Assembly: GCA_051294905.1 (NCBI GenBank) | Contig: CM119371.1 | Span: 33,110,001 to 33,174,000, forward strand | Reading direction: 5' to 3' | Origin: Botryllus schlosseri | Lineage: Eukaryota | Length of the DNA: 64,000 bases | In this document: one piece after another, positions 11,372 through 24,989 of the stretch | Numbering within the stretch: the stretch's first letter is position 1 | How the letters are laid out: the number at the start of each line of letters is the position of its first letter | Translations under genes and position numbers: made by a program | The notes under the pieces: generated by a model | Told to the model about the DNA's origin: nothing | What the model saw: only the letters and a program-made list of their open reading frames with translations | The model's database searches: none

Positions 11372-14300
11372 AGCCCTACTGTACGGCAGCTGTCCGGTTA
11401 AAACGGGCCTCTTATCAAAACATGAAGCGATCCTTTAGCGTTGATGATGTTATCAAGTTCAAGCAACAGCGAGCGCGTACGAGAAAAACGCTACTCGATG
11501 CAAAACGATCTTACTGGTAGTCGTTTTGTAAAAGCCTAAGTCGCAATTCTAAATTGACGAAAGTCTGGCGCGTAATTCGTTCGATGTCAGGCTCGCGCTC
11601 GTGGAATCAAGTAGACCGATTGGTCTTGAACGGCGCGCTAATCACAGACAATGCCAACATGGCAAACACATTGGTTCGCCATTTCGCGTCAACCAGTAGT
11701 GATGAAAATATAGATGTATTACACCGCCAACGTCGCTCCGATTTCTGCAGCGACACCATTCCCGCAGTCCTAGCCGAAATTCCGAGCGATGACATTTTGA
11801 ACCTACCTTTCACCCGCTCAGAATTGTCTGATATTTTGCGACTTAGGAAGAATACTGCGCCGTGCATTGATGGAATTTGCTCCGCAATGCTTCTAAACCT
11901 CAGTGAATATAGCCTCCGAAAACCTTTGGATTTATCACTAATTTGTGAGTTTCTGGCCAGTGCCCAGCATCTTGGCGGCATTCGATTATTGTGCCTATTC
12001 TAAAAGGTAGCAAACCCGCGAATAATCCCTCTTCTTATAGAGACCAATCTCTCTGACGAGCAACATCTGTAAGAAAATGGAAAGGTTAAGTAATAACAGA
12101 CTAACTTGGTGGCTTGAACAGAATAGAATACTGCACCCACGTCAATGCGGCTTTCGACGCGAACGGTCTACTCGTGATTGCATGATGTCACTACCAGAGT
12201 TGGATAATTACATTATTTCAGTTCAATTACAATTACAATTACTTTCATGAATGTTTCAATTACATTACAATTACAATTACTCCATGCTAAAAATATCAAA
12301 TTACAATTACAATTACAATTACTCCTTGCATGCTTCAATTACATTACAATTACAATTACAATTGCTGCTGTTGAACATGTAATTGAATAATCATAAATTC
12401 AACCGTGCTCCTTGACAACCGTAGCGTCATATTTAACAACAATTCAAGTCTAGTTCAGATTGTGTAGTAATAAATGCGTTTATGTGCGTACATAGTATGC
12501 TATGTAAGATGTCATTGTGACGTAATATAAGCGTGTTTTGTATGCTCGGTAATTATGGCTCACGTAATTGGAAATGTAAAATGTTATTTACCTAATTTCC
12601 TATGGGTTAGGATTAAGGATAGGGTGCAGTATGTCGTTGAAAAAGTATTATAATATATGCACGTGTTGGATTCGCGTATATAGCATATAATTAAAGAAAT
12701 AATATTATTTTTATCGAGGGACGTAGGAATTAGGATGAGGAGTAAAAACAAAACCGTGCTTTGTCAGATAAGACGTTATATAATATCCAGTGGTCTGGTT
12801 AGTTAGCCAGACGAAATTACGATGCAGCATCGTGATCTGAAATCGTATTGTGGATTGCCAACCCACGGATAGATGCGCAAAATGTGAGTCACGGATGAAT
12901 GCACCGACAAACGTACTGCAGAGCCGGCTTGAAGCAGCAAACTTTGTAGTCCTAGAGCTGGCGATCCATGCGTCCAAATTTGATGCATCTGGTCTTTATC
13001 GTAATCTATTGATGTACTAATTCCGAAAATACAAAATAAAATCTCGTCAGGGCAATGTAACTGCTCCAAAATAGCCGTTTAAGGCCGACTGTACTGAAAA
13101 GTGAGAGCGCTGCAGCAGCATGACCACAACAATTACCAATTACGCCCAGCGATTGTTCAGAACAATGCCGATTCCGAGACTTTCACGACTATTTTGGGAT
13201 GGTACCATTGCCTGGAAATATACTTTTATTGCGGAATCAGTGCGACACTAGCTTTCGATTAGGACCATACATATCAAATTTCGACGCTTGGATCGCCAGC
13301 TATGGGACTATCAATTCTGCTGCTTTTAGCCGGCTCAGCAGTTGACTTCTCGGCGTATTCAATCGTGAGTCACGTGTTGCGAATCCATCCGTTGGTTAGT
13401 AATCTAAGAATTGTATACAATGGCAGCCGAGGCCAGCATAGCGGTAAAAATAAAAAATAAAACTTCGCCCGCAAGGGCGCAGTCAAGGGCTTCCGCGAAT
13501 GGATCCACCAAATTCCTCGTCGACATTTAAAGAGAATGCATTATAAGTCAATTATTTTATGTTGTGCATGTCCGGTCTCAATAGCAATTTAATGTAATTG
13601 AAATTGTAATTGAGCAAAATTTTTGTCAAATTACGCACTTGCAATCGATCATATCCAACATGCAGCACCCTGATGTAATCAAGTTTGAATTCAACCACTA
13701 TATTCTGTCTACATACGGTTCTTATATACAAATAATTACTGATGGATCGAAAACTAAATTTAGACGTGAGGCAGGTTTCCACGTAAAAGGACTCGGAGTC
13801 GATTCCCGCATTGCCTTGGATGGGAATCTATCAGTTTTTTCAACAGAACTTATTGCGATTCTGAATAGCCTAAATTGGGCGCGTAGCGAGTGTCCAGATC
13901 AGTCAAACATAGCTATACTACCGAATAGTCTAAGTGCCCTTCTCGCTCTGCAATCTCGACAACGTGATAATCAGATTGTTTCCGATATAATTATGCTTTG
14001 CAGGGGCCTTTCTGGGCGTTCAATACGGGTCACCTTTTGTCTGGATTCCAGGACACAGGGGCGTTGGTCGAAACGAAGAGGCAGATCGGCTCGCAAAATC
14101 CGCAGCATCAGACGAAAGTCCTGACATCGCTCAGACCCACAGTCTAACTCCAGAAGAATGCAAATCCATCCTTGTTGACCATTGCTGGAATAAGTGGAAG
14201 TCTGAACTAGTCTACGAAGACTCGCAATACCAAGGTCTCATACGCACTAATGCTGAATTTCGAAGAATTTCTTGTCTCTCACGTCGTGTGTCGTCGATCT

Positions 14301-14647
14301 TGATCCGACTCCAAACTGGGCATTGCGGGTTGAACGAACATCTGCACAGGATCGGATGCCACGAAAATGGATTATGTGAACTATGCGCACAGCCTGAATC
14401 TGTGGAAAATTTCCTGCTAAAATGTCCGAGATACTCAACTAATAGACAATATATCGTCGAAGCTGCAAGGAACCATGGCGTTAACATTGTATTATCATAA
14501 ATTCTTACTAGCCCTTTCACTGCAACGCCTATTATAGAATTTGCATTCCTGTCGAAACGAATAATTTAGAAGTCTTGTTCTAATCAAACTTTCGGCCTGG
14601 TGCACAAGGCCACAGTAGCCGGGCACACCCACACCAACCAACCAACC
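11372..14647 (+). mobile_element. 5'-truncated I-group LINE (RT + RNase H + Zn knuckle), decayed and interrupted
   Basis: KVWRVIR, LNLPFTRSEL, TAPCIDGI, YRPISLT, QCGFRRERSTRD (RT N-half); ITDGSK, SVFSTELIAI, WIPGH, NEEADRLAK (RNase H); RLQTGH...CELC...C; (CCAA)n tail 14634-14647. Confidence 0.92.
12195..13632 (+). mobile_element. hAT-type MITE with (AATTAC)n subterminal arrays, right end deleted, with further nested sequence
   Basis: Starts CAGAGTTGGAT; matches complete copy 57348-59389 in opposite orientation. Confidence 0.8.
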
Positions 14648-15929
14648 TTAGGGCACAATTTTGTCAGCATTGGGTTTGTAAGGTAAAAATATGTCAAAAT
14701 GTAATTTTTTAGATCAAAATCTTCCGTTTTTCGAATATAAAAAATCGCCCTAGTAATAACGTTTTAACAGTAGAACATGATTACAACTTTATTGAGCCTT
14801 GCGAATGGTTAACAGTGAATAATAAGCCGCGTACGACTCATTTGTCGATTTCTGCACCATAGATATACGACCCATAGTCGATATATGCATAACAATGCAA
14901 TGTTGGTGAAATTAAACGCAATGCTATTTCGAGAGGGTGGCAATTTTGTTTCCACACCTGAAATAAGCCACGTTTCTTTTCAACCTGGCAAGGCGTAGAA
15001 TGTCACTTCAAAAAGTTGATCGTAATAGAGATATCATGTACCACAATATAGTCGTACGTTGCTTAGCGGCGTTCTTTTGCAGAATTTTCGTTACACTCTG
15101 TACTTTGACGGAGCGTGTCAGGTATCATTATTGCGGAACCTAAGAGAATCTATTTTGAGCATTTTGAATGAATAACGGCAGCAGACCGTGCACTCGGCAA
15201 ATCCCAGTGCGTGCAATCCAGCTGTAGAATTTAAAGGGCAAAACTCGTAAACCATCGCGTGCCTTCATAAAGCGACGGCCACGAATGAGGTATTACTGTT
15301 AGTAATGTCGTTGCCGCAGTAGACGGACCTAAACTAAGTGTATAATAAAATGAGTCATTACTTGACTGTTGAGCAATGATGAGAAAGTGGGGTAAGATCG
15401 TAATATTAGACCAGGCGCAGCTGATCCTTATGTATATTTGATATTGAGGGTTTGAATTTCAAGCGTGATATATAGTAGGGGCCGAGAAAAACCTAAAGTA
15501 ACCGTTTAGACCAGTGGTTCCCAAACTTTTTCGGTGTGAGGGCCAAATTTAGAATTTCAGAGTATGGTCGGGGCCGCACGAATACTACGGCTATGAAACG
15601 GACCCAAACAGTCATCGTATCATGGCTATTTCGGAGTAGTTTTATTGCCCTGGCGAGATTTCAAAACTGTACACTGTTTACCGCTACATATCTGCGGCAT
15701 TGGATGTTCGTTGAGTGAATCGGCTTTTTACGCCTATACGCGCTAAGCGCGAGAAATTTCTTTAGTTTCATGACTGAATCGGTCGATATGATCGGGAATT
15801 GCATGTATTGCCATCATTTTTCATCCTGTCTCTGTTCACGTAATCTGATTTACCAGTAGAGCTGAGTGAGGTGTGTTTGAAAAGGCCCCCGCAATCATAA
15901 TTAAACATCTCCGGGGGTATACCCGTTGG

Positions 15930-16868
15930 CAGGAACGTAACAGCACTTCGTCAGGACCCCAGGCTCCCATAGGGTGATAAGCTGATCCCGCATCACGTTG
16001 TTCGCTTTTGCCACGAAATTAAATTTGTACTGTTTAGTGAGACAGCGCGACGCGCGAATATTTCGATAATTCATGACGAAATCGGTGAATAAGATCGGAA
16101 ATTGCATGGTTGTCCTCTTGCCCACGTAATCAGATTTACCGGTAGAGCTGAGTGGGAGGCGTCTTTGAAACTGCAGACCCCGTAAAATTAAATATCTTCA
16201 GGCGGGCGAACCCCTAGGTATGACTTCTTTACATGATGTTATTTCGTGACCTCCGGTTTGCTATATCAAAAAATGTAGAATTTCTCCAACCTACTCAACT
16301 AGACGATCACACGATTTGAGATTGGTATTTCTTCACTGGCATATAATTTTCTTTCCTGCGGGATGGTATTTGTCTTGTGAGGTTCAGATTGCCAAGACAA
16401 GAACTTTCGGCGCGTGTCATTTAGGCGCCTATATGGACAATTAAACCCATATGTAGCCTATTTTGTTTATATAACGAAGTTCTTGGTATTTCGAAGTTTT
16501 TGGTCAGCATAAAAGCAGTCCTTTACGGCCAAGGCTTTCTCGCTGCCGATCGTTCTGACCCACTTCTTGGAGTCACATGTTACATGGCCTAAAACTTTAT
16601 ATGTCTTGGTGCGTTGTGGTGCGGTCATGGCCAGCGCTGATGTGCCCATTTCTATAAATTTTGCGTATTTTTTCTAGGGGAAGAGTACCCAATATTCAAG
16701 ATATGTAGCGAATTGAAATCGCGCGTAGCGCGAAAATTTTTTCAAAAAGTTGCATATATTTAAAAAAAAAACTCTATAATTTATGCTAATTCACAAAATA
16801 GTTTTGGGCCCGCTTCCAGCTCGGCCCCCCTCAATTGGGGGTTTGGGGTGCGGCAGTTACGGCCCTGA
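15930..16868 (+). mobile_element. Nested non-autonomous DNA element; second copy at 55250-56244
   Basis: Extensive similarity to 55250-56244; right end GTTACGGCCCTG; partial duplicate at 15740-15930. Confidence 0.75.
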
Positions 16869-16956
16869 CTACCAATTATGCTGCTTTTAGCCGGCTAAGC
16901 AGTATGCATCTCGGCGTACTCAACCGTGAGTCACGTGTTGCACATCTAGTTATCAT

Positions 16957-17290
16957 ACGGTTACCATACGTCCTCTTTTAAGATGATTTCTCCTCTTGTT
17001 TGATTTTGTTTTAAAGTGTCCTCGGAGGGCGCCAAAATGTCTTATTTTTTGAAGTTTTTGGTTACATATAGGGTCAAATTCGACTGATATACATCAAGTC
17101 AGCACTGTAAGAACGCTACGGCGGCTATTTCGGGAGCTGGACCGGAAAGTTGACCTTTTTTTCAGTCAACCATCCTGTTAATGTGAAAGAAAAACTGTAT
17201 TTTCCGGGAGTTGAGCCTCTATTTCTTTTGTAGTCAAGCGACCACGAAGTGGGAAAAATTTACCATTTTTTCACGATTTTCCTCCGGTTT
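16957..17290. mobile_element. TAGGGTTACCATA-family MITE fragment
   Basis: Reverse-complement similarity to 48873-49199. Confidence 0.65.
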
Positions 17291-18718
17291 TGAAAGTTAT
17301 CAATACCTATTTATATCTATAGCTACTGCTTGTTCAACTGGAAAGTTAGGGCACATTGCATTGAAACAGCAGTGACGTAACGTTAGCAGTCTATACTCAG
17401 TTACTCACAACAGAGGTCAAGCCAAGCAAGAGTATTTTATAAATATAAATTTTATTTTTTGTCATAAATTGATTTCTTAATATATTTTGGGGGCCGCAAG
17501 AAGGCTATCTGGGGGCCGCATGCGGCCCTCGGGGCCGCACTTGGGAATCACTGGTTTAGACCATTCGACCTTAACGTTTATAACCCGCTGAACCCTTACG
17601 GTAATGCGTGAGCCTTTGCGTTTCCCCAAATGATCGCTGAGTTTGGACACATATTTTCCACAATCTATATTCAACACATTACTATATATTACTAGTGAAC
17701 AAAATGAACCTGCAAAAACCCTATAGTGTTGAAATAATGAAGAATATTAAAATATATAATCACATAAAACGAAAAGATTATGATAGATATTTATTGAAAT
17801 CATTGTGACCTTTGTCGTTCCCATTCAGATACCAGTTAAGATATGCGAGGGTTCACCTAGAAAACTGTCTTCGTATTGTTCTGCCGAAATGCAACAGAGC
17901 TACAGGCCTACCAATTGCTCAATTATAAATTGATTTTGACACGGCACACCACCACAGCAATTATAACTAGACTGCTGGTCGGGCCTAATAACCTGCAACC
18001 AATGACGGCAAAGACTGGCCAGTCATCACAAATAAAATTTTCGAGTTGAGGAAGTGAGTGAGTGTGTGTCTTGCCTTCGATGGATATCCTGAGACTATGC
18101 CTCTGGATACCCCTATTGTTCCGTGGAACACTGGTTAAGAATAACTGTGCTTTAAGACAATGATTTCTTTATACATATACAGTAAATCATTCCAATCTTG
18201 TCCATGTGCACTAGTAGGCTGTACACAGACGATGTGAAAATGCGGTATGTCACGCATGGCAAGAGTATATCGATTTCCAATTTTCAAAAGTTCTGTGTGT
18301 ACGAGAACGTGAACATATGACGTAACGTGATGTCATATTGCTAATTCCAACACTCAATTTCAGTGAAGTGATGTGATATTACCTAGCAACGAATCAGGCC
18401 ATATAGTGCCAAAGTACATGCTGACTTTTAAAAATTACACCAAATGTATCAATTGGAGAAGTCAAATGCTATGATAATCCTATAAAATCAACATCTTCCG
18501 TCCCTTGGCCAACAACTTCGACGAGGACTTGCAAAGGAATATAATCTTGCGCTTTAACGTTTGCACAGCCCACTTCTAGGCTTACGCGGATCAGATGGCG
18601 AGTAGGAGAATATGGTGGATTCTGTTCTGCTCTGTTGTATCATTTCCGCGATAATATTTACAAATGACCTAACAAAACTGGTTTCCAGATCGCTATCAAT
18701 TAGAATGAGATAAACGAA

Positions 18719-19075
18719 ATGACTAAAGAGAAAGGAAAAGCGAAATATGTATATCAGGAAAAGCAGAAGATTGCTGAGTTTCTCATCAATAACCCTCACG
18801 CGGTACAACTTTCTGGAAATCGGAACCAAACATCTTTGAATATAAAAAAGGCTGAATGGAACAGGATAACGAAAATATTAAATGATGATAGAATTGGAGT
18901 ACAACAATTAGACGCCGATCAAGTGAAGAATTGCTTCGACAGTATGAAATCAACAGCTCGCAACCAGCGCGAGCAACTAAAAACCAAAAAGATTCCCTAT
19001 TTATGTACTGTCAGCAAAATAGTCACGGGTAAGTGGGCTGACATTTTAACACATCTAATGAATTTTTCTCCCTGA
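18719..19075 (+). CDS. Myb/SANT-like DNA-binding domain (Myb_DNA-bind_5 type), likely Harbinger-associated, truncated
   Basis: YQEKQKIAEFL...NIKKAEWNRITKILN...DADQVKNCFDSMKSTARNQ helix and Trp pattern. Confidence 0.7.
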   Translation: MTKEKGKAKYVYQEKQKIAEFLINNPHAVQLSGNRNQTSLNIKKAEWNRITKILNDDRIGVQQLDADQVKNCFDSMKSTARNQREQLKTKKIPYLCTVSKIVTGKWADILTHLMNFSP

Positions 19076-19134
19076 CTCCGTGACCTGTTGACAATATGGA
19101 GTGTCTTCTTGGGGATCGTCAGTGGAGGTCTCAA

Positions 19135-20860
19135 CTGGGGCTGTGGAGTCGAGGTCGGGAGTCGGAGTAGTGGAAACAATACTGACAGGATTCGGAGTCG
19201 GAGTTTGTGATAATGACCCTGAATTTGACTCCGACTCCAACTTATTTATCATGACGATTGCTTTCAAATTTATCTTTAAATTACTAATAATAACTATAAT
19301 AGGAATTTCTTGTATCATCAATCACAGTTTTAGTAACGATACAGATCAGAGGAGGCCAAACCGCGGCCCGCAGGCCAAATGTGGCCCACGAGAAGGTTTT
19401 GTGTGGCCTGTAAGGTTATTCTCGAAATTAGAACATCGGGTAAATTTACAAGGCCAACAAAAATTTGATAAGCATGACCGCGGTATTTAATGATGACTAA
19501 AACATCAGTTTTGGCGCATTGGCGCAACCAGGGGCCAGCCATATTCAGATCTTCGTATAGAACCATGACCATAAACTAGAATATTCCGTTGCAGATTTAT
19601 TTGACTTGAAATTTTTCTTAGCACTTCGCATGAATTATTGTCACATTTGTAGCATTTGGTGTTGGAGGCCCTCCTGGAAATTATAAAACGTTCAGTCTAA
19701 CTATACTGGATGTTAGAAGATAACGTGACGTCCAACATGCGACTTCGCTTGTGCGATCGAAACGAGATCGTCGGCGATGAAACATTTGCACAAAACGACA
19801 AAGGCATGTTCACGCAAACCATCGATATTACTATGTCTAAACGACAAATAATCCTCTCTTCGCCAAATGAGCCCATTGCTGTAGAGAGGCGAACCCGAAC
19901 ATATGCAAGCAATATATTTATTGATCAAATTCATTCATTACCTTTGAAAAAATTTCGTGCTTCGCGCGACCAGGGCATGACTACACACTGTACAGTTGCA
20001 CACGGATTTTCCATGACACAATTGTTATCAATTTTAAAGCGTAGTAATATAAGTATTGTTTTCAATTTTACCTAATTCGGTTCGTTCCTATCGCACTACT
20101 AAAGAAAGTTTATCATAATTTAAGTTGCCCGCGCAATGGTTCGTAAATTTCACGCGGCCCTTTATTCGAAACGGTTCCTCCCATGATATAGACAAAATTG
20201 GATATCATTTTCAAATTAAAATTCAGTTGCATAAAGAAGCAATATGCATCTTCGCGATGCAGACACAAATTGATGCAAATTTTGGAATTATAACATGATA
20301 TTGTGACGTAGTAAATTTATCGTCTTGTTGTAAAATTGATGTAAATATAACCAAACGCTCCTTCTCACTTGACAAAATTAAAAATATTTGTAGTGTATTT
20401 AGGTGCTTGGGTGGAACGAATGATTAAAAAAGACTACAAGTCCTTGAATACATGACTAAGTGCATGTAGACAATTCGTTTATGAGCAATGTGTATTGGTA
20501 GTGAGAGAGTGTGTGCTTGTAATCAGTACAGTGTGTAATGAGAAAATTAGTAAGTTGAATCTCTGTATTAGTTGCTGACTCCTACACCCGAGCAAAACTT
20601 CGATTATTTTATCTACATTTCAATTATACATGATGGGATGTATGTCGTGTTTGAATGATTCATACATATTATGTTATTAAGAAGTCCATGTTATCAAAAC
20701 TAATAAAATATCCAAAAATAGGGAAGATATTTAGAAAGGCATTTTTTCATGATAATTGCGTCGTGAATAATTCGAGCTGTGCCACCTTGAATCAATTTTG
20801 CATTACATCGTTAATCATATGTTTGCATACGTTTAAAGGTTATATGATAGTCATTTGACC
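19135..20860 (+). mobile_element. GGAGTC-repeat hAT MITE (right end missing) with nested MITE at 19347-20185
   Basis: Colinear with complete copy 26410-28428. Confidence 0.85.
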
Positions 20861-21300
20861 GTCACTGTGGGATATTGTTTGTTTGTTTGGGGTAGTCATG
20901 GTGTCTGTCGACTACTATGGTCATTTACACCAGGCCGATATTTTTCATTTATATTCCGTAACCGCCGACTTATAGCACGGCCCACGTCAGTAGTAGGGTT
21001 TGAATCGATATATCCACACCAATCAAATTGTACCACGTCGCCCTAATTGCCACACCTATAGGATACCCATTGTCACATCATCTGCAATTGTCCCACCTAT
21101 ATGACGCCCATTGCCACATCATCATGATTTCCTCAGATATTCTATTATGTGTATGCAGGACTAATGCGACTTGACAATATTAATGCGTACTAAATATTGA
21201 TAATAACTTCTTCCGAGAAATACATAACATTCATTATACCTTAGGTGATGCTTTCCTCAGATATTTTATTATGTGTATTTTTGACTAACGCGACTTGATA

Positions 21301-21977
21301 ATGTTGATACGTACCCTTCCAAGAAATAAGGATGTTGGTAACTGATTCTGCGTAAATTTCGCATGATCAACTCTATATGATTTTTTGTATATTTCAGACT
21401 TGCAGTCGACTATAAACCATTCACGATTATTAGTGTATTTAGCACTACGTATTGATAACAACTTGCCTAATTTTTCGCGCGAAGACCACTGAAAAGATTG
21501 GGTAATTAAATCATCACTAATTAATTATTATAAAATGGGATTTCGCCGATTCTCTCTTAAATTCCGAGACTTGATAATACCTTGCTTTCGAGTGATAACA
21601 TGTAAATGTATGTCTCTGTAAGACTATGTTCGCGCTGACTATAGCGCTTGTGTCAACACTAATTACTCAATGATTTTTGGGAATTCCACGAATGCAACTT
21701 GGTAATGCAGTTATCAGTTATCACAAGTCACAACCATACATGCCCACAATCGAGCGGAAGCCCGAGACGTGTATATGTGCTGCAAATATTGCATTCCGAT
21801 GCCCCCTACATTTTACGACTTATTATCAGCTCGCAGCACAACTAAATAAGGGCTTCATTCTAACATACCTGCATAATCTTTGCATGTCGAGTATAAGGAT
21901 AAATCATCACTAAAACGCCGCCGGCTAGTGATTCGGTATCTGAGATTGTCTACGCTTGGGCCTAGCACGGAAAATGA
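21301..21977 (+). pseudogene. CARD/death-fold-like exons (probably two domains), 5' part of the multidomain pseudogene
   Basis: MLIRTLPRNKDV | 60-bp intron 21338-21397 | DLQSTINHSRLLVYL...FSREDH(E)KI; second segment QLAAQLNKGFILTYL...EY...LVIRYLRLSTLGP; stops and frameshifts present. Confidence 0.5.
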
Positions 21978-22870
21978 GTAATTACTGTAACTAGGCAAAC
22001 CCTAACAGAGTATACTTTGATAAATGTAGGCGTAATTGATTATCGCGAAATTAATAAATAGCATGAAATATGAGCGGTGCTATGATGTCTGACATATACT
22101 TTCAATTAATATGTAAAAGTAAGTTCTTTATACGATAAGTCAAGTATAAAAATTAACGCTCCACACATAGAATGCTATGCAAATATGGTAGAAAGGCTAC
22201 ATCCGAACGCCTGCTAGTCGAGGGGGTTAGTAACGGAGTACTTCTACTTTCTATAGTACTCAACTAGATTTGATAAAAACTTTTACACTAAGAATTTTGT
22301 AAAATAAATACCAATTTTATCAAACCATCGAACAGTCGAGGTAGGAGACAACATTTTCTACTACTATATTTCTACTGCGTAGTAACTTTTGAAAATGATG
22401 TAATAGTTGAGTTTTATGAGTTGTTTCGGGCTGCTGGAGCAGTTTTAGAACGAATTTTCAGTTCTCAAATAAAAAATATATATTTTGCAGTTAAATATTG
22501 TCGAATACACAAAATGGTCTCGCGGCGTGTTTGAGAGCTCTGCTCTAATTCAATTTAAATGATACAAGAGGTTTGTTTAAGTTAAGCACCGGGCACCAAT
22601 GACCACTGACCAGTCTGAAGAACAGAGATGAATACTTTGCTATTGCATTGCTTTCCTACGACAACGTACGCTGTAAGCTTCAACTATACTTCGTTTGCGG
22701 TCAATTTATTTGTGATAGAACAATTTAAAATGCGAAATCATTGAACGAATCAAATTTTTCGCTCTTACAGGTCACACCAATCCGAACATATGAAAGATAC
22801 AGCGATTGTTATCGACACAAATTAATTGATTAGCCTACCTGAAATTAACTCGTACATTTTGCTCCTAGTC

Positions 22871-24672
22871 CAGTGGTCGGGAACCTATGGCTCGCGAGCC
22901 ATATATGGCTCTTTTGGGTATAAGATATGGCTCTTTGCCAAATAATTATTCTTACACTGAATTGAGCAATATTGCAGCGACTTGATAGTAAATTTTCATC
23001 ACGGCTAGAATAATTATTCTCGTGGCAGTATATACATGTCTTTGAGAGGTAAAGACAATGCAGTTTGAGGTTTAGGGGCTTGGACCCCTCTTTTCAAAAT
23101 CCTCAAATTGAAGTTACTGTCGCGCCAGCGACCAATATAATCACTCGCGAATTCTGTGCACCTGACTCGTAATCTGGGATTGTGCGATACGTTTGTTAAT
23201 GAAAGGGAATAGCAGATATCGCGACGCCGATATCACAATACAGTTTTCAAATACATATTGACTTCCTGATCTACGGCGCGAAATGAACTGCCGTGGACGT
23301 ACGAGATTCACAATTACGAACAATATCATTGCTATCCACGGTCTTGATTGGTAAGTAGATCTGTAGTATCGGTGATAAAATGTAGGCGTGTAGCGCAACG
23401 TTGTATGTTTCCGCCGAATACTTTAAGAATTGCTTACCTCCCCTGACGCCAAACCCACTAATGTATCACAGATTAGAGTGGTTAGGCCTATATACTGCTG
23501 TAGTGACCATGTTTGGTTCCACCTACACATGTGATCATTAGGGCGATTTTTTTGACCTAAAAAACGGAAGATTTGACCTAAAAAAACTGAAATTTTGACC
23601 TCACGTATGCAAATTAGGTGTTTTCGCACGTAATGTTAAAATTGTACCACTTATGTTCATTTCTGGTTGGAACTGTCTGTCCTTACAAATTAGATTGGTC
23701 TTAATAAACGTTTTTGGCTTAAAAACTGACAAATTTTTACATGAAAAAACTACTATTTGAACGAAATCTGGCCCTATGAAAAATTCCAGTAGTTACATTA
23801 CGTATTATGGTGGAAATAATTAAAATTTGTTGTAGTACAACGAACGAAAGATACTTTCCTACATTCTCGGGTAGAAAGTGTCTGCATGTCCTTACTAAGT
23901 ACCTTGCCAAGAATGGAGAAAGAACGTCCAACAGCAGCAGTTGTTGGCTGACAACACTGAAGTTGTGTGCACACTGCTGGTGACAAACCGTGTTGCTTCA
24001 TTTTGACAATGTTGTCTATATCACAATTTTTCAGCTTGCGCTTCTTGATATAACAATCATGCAATGTCCAAGCAGTCTTGCTTCAGTTAGGATATTGCAG
24101 CACGTTGACCATAAAACCATGTCACTATTTGTTTCATTTGACCGTTTATGATTCACAATGGGCAGACGACGGACAGTTTACAACGGTAGGCCTATAAAGT
24201 GGGCAACAAGCTGTAAAATATCAAATGATAAGTTCACCGACAGCGCAAAATCTACGATACTAACGAAATGCAGAGGTCAAAAAATGTTTGACTTTGTAAA
24301 CAATTTTGACAAATTTTGACCTAACGCTACAATTTTGACCTAATTTTGACTTTTTTTGAGATGTCAAAAAAAATCGTTCTAGTGATCATGGATTCTCGCA
24401 TTTAAAAGGAGCATCACGACGAACCTATACGTTCTCGTAATAAGTTTCGCGTGCCCAAATAAGGCATCCAGCATGATTATTAAATATTTTTACGTAGAAA
24501 ATGTGGCGCACACGACGAATCCCATTTAGTGCGTTCGAATTAGTGCTACCATGACGTCACGAATTTTCAACTGTGGCGTAACAGTTGATTGGCATGTATG
24601 GCTCTTTGGGAGTTGAAATGGAAAAAATAGGGCCAATATGGCTCTTCGGACTAAAAAGGTTCCCGACCACTG
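22871..24672. mobile_element. hAT MITE
   Basis: TIR CAGTGGTCGGGAACC; perfect TSD TCCTAGTC; family copy at 33742-34892. Confidence 0.92.
23539..24381 (-). mobile_element. Internally deleted hAT transposon retaining the dimerisation-domain remnant
   Basis: TIR TAGGGCGATTTT / AAAATCGTTCTA; TSD GTGATCAT; QCCQPTTAAVGRSFSILGKVL. Confidence 0.9.
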
Positions 24673-24989
24673 TCCTAGTCACTAGTCAAACTGCATTTTC
24701 GAAACGCCGAGTCAAGTCAATTCATACGAAAAAGGTGACTCGAGTCTGACTCGAATCAAGTCATGACTCGAGTCATCCCAACACTGCTTAGCTTACGTGT
24801 GAAGAGTACTAATGTGATAAAAGAACAATTCGTCAACTAAAGCAGCTACTATTTTGAGTATATATATTTGTAAATCTGAGTTTAAAGGAATCAGCGCCTT
24901 ACCAACTATGAATATCATCAAATGTCACTGCGCCTACTATATATTGTACTAGTCAATATTCTATCAGATAAGAATATATAAATGTATCG

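Larger units (their letters stand above)
15512..17553. mobile_element. hAT (Buster-like) MITE containing nested elements
   Basis: TIR CAGTGGTTCCCAA / TTGGGAATCACTG; perfect TSD GTTTAGAC. Confidence 0.9.
22545..24787. mobile_element. GACTCGAG-family hAT MITE (left end missing), host of two nested elements
   Basis: Matches 38960-39419; right TIR ATCCCAACACTG. Confidence 0.75.

Noticed and set aside
12603..12625. GGGTTAGG telomere-like motifs (also 41785)
   Set aside because: Only 2-3 degenerate units; not an interstitial telomeric array.
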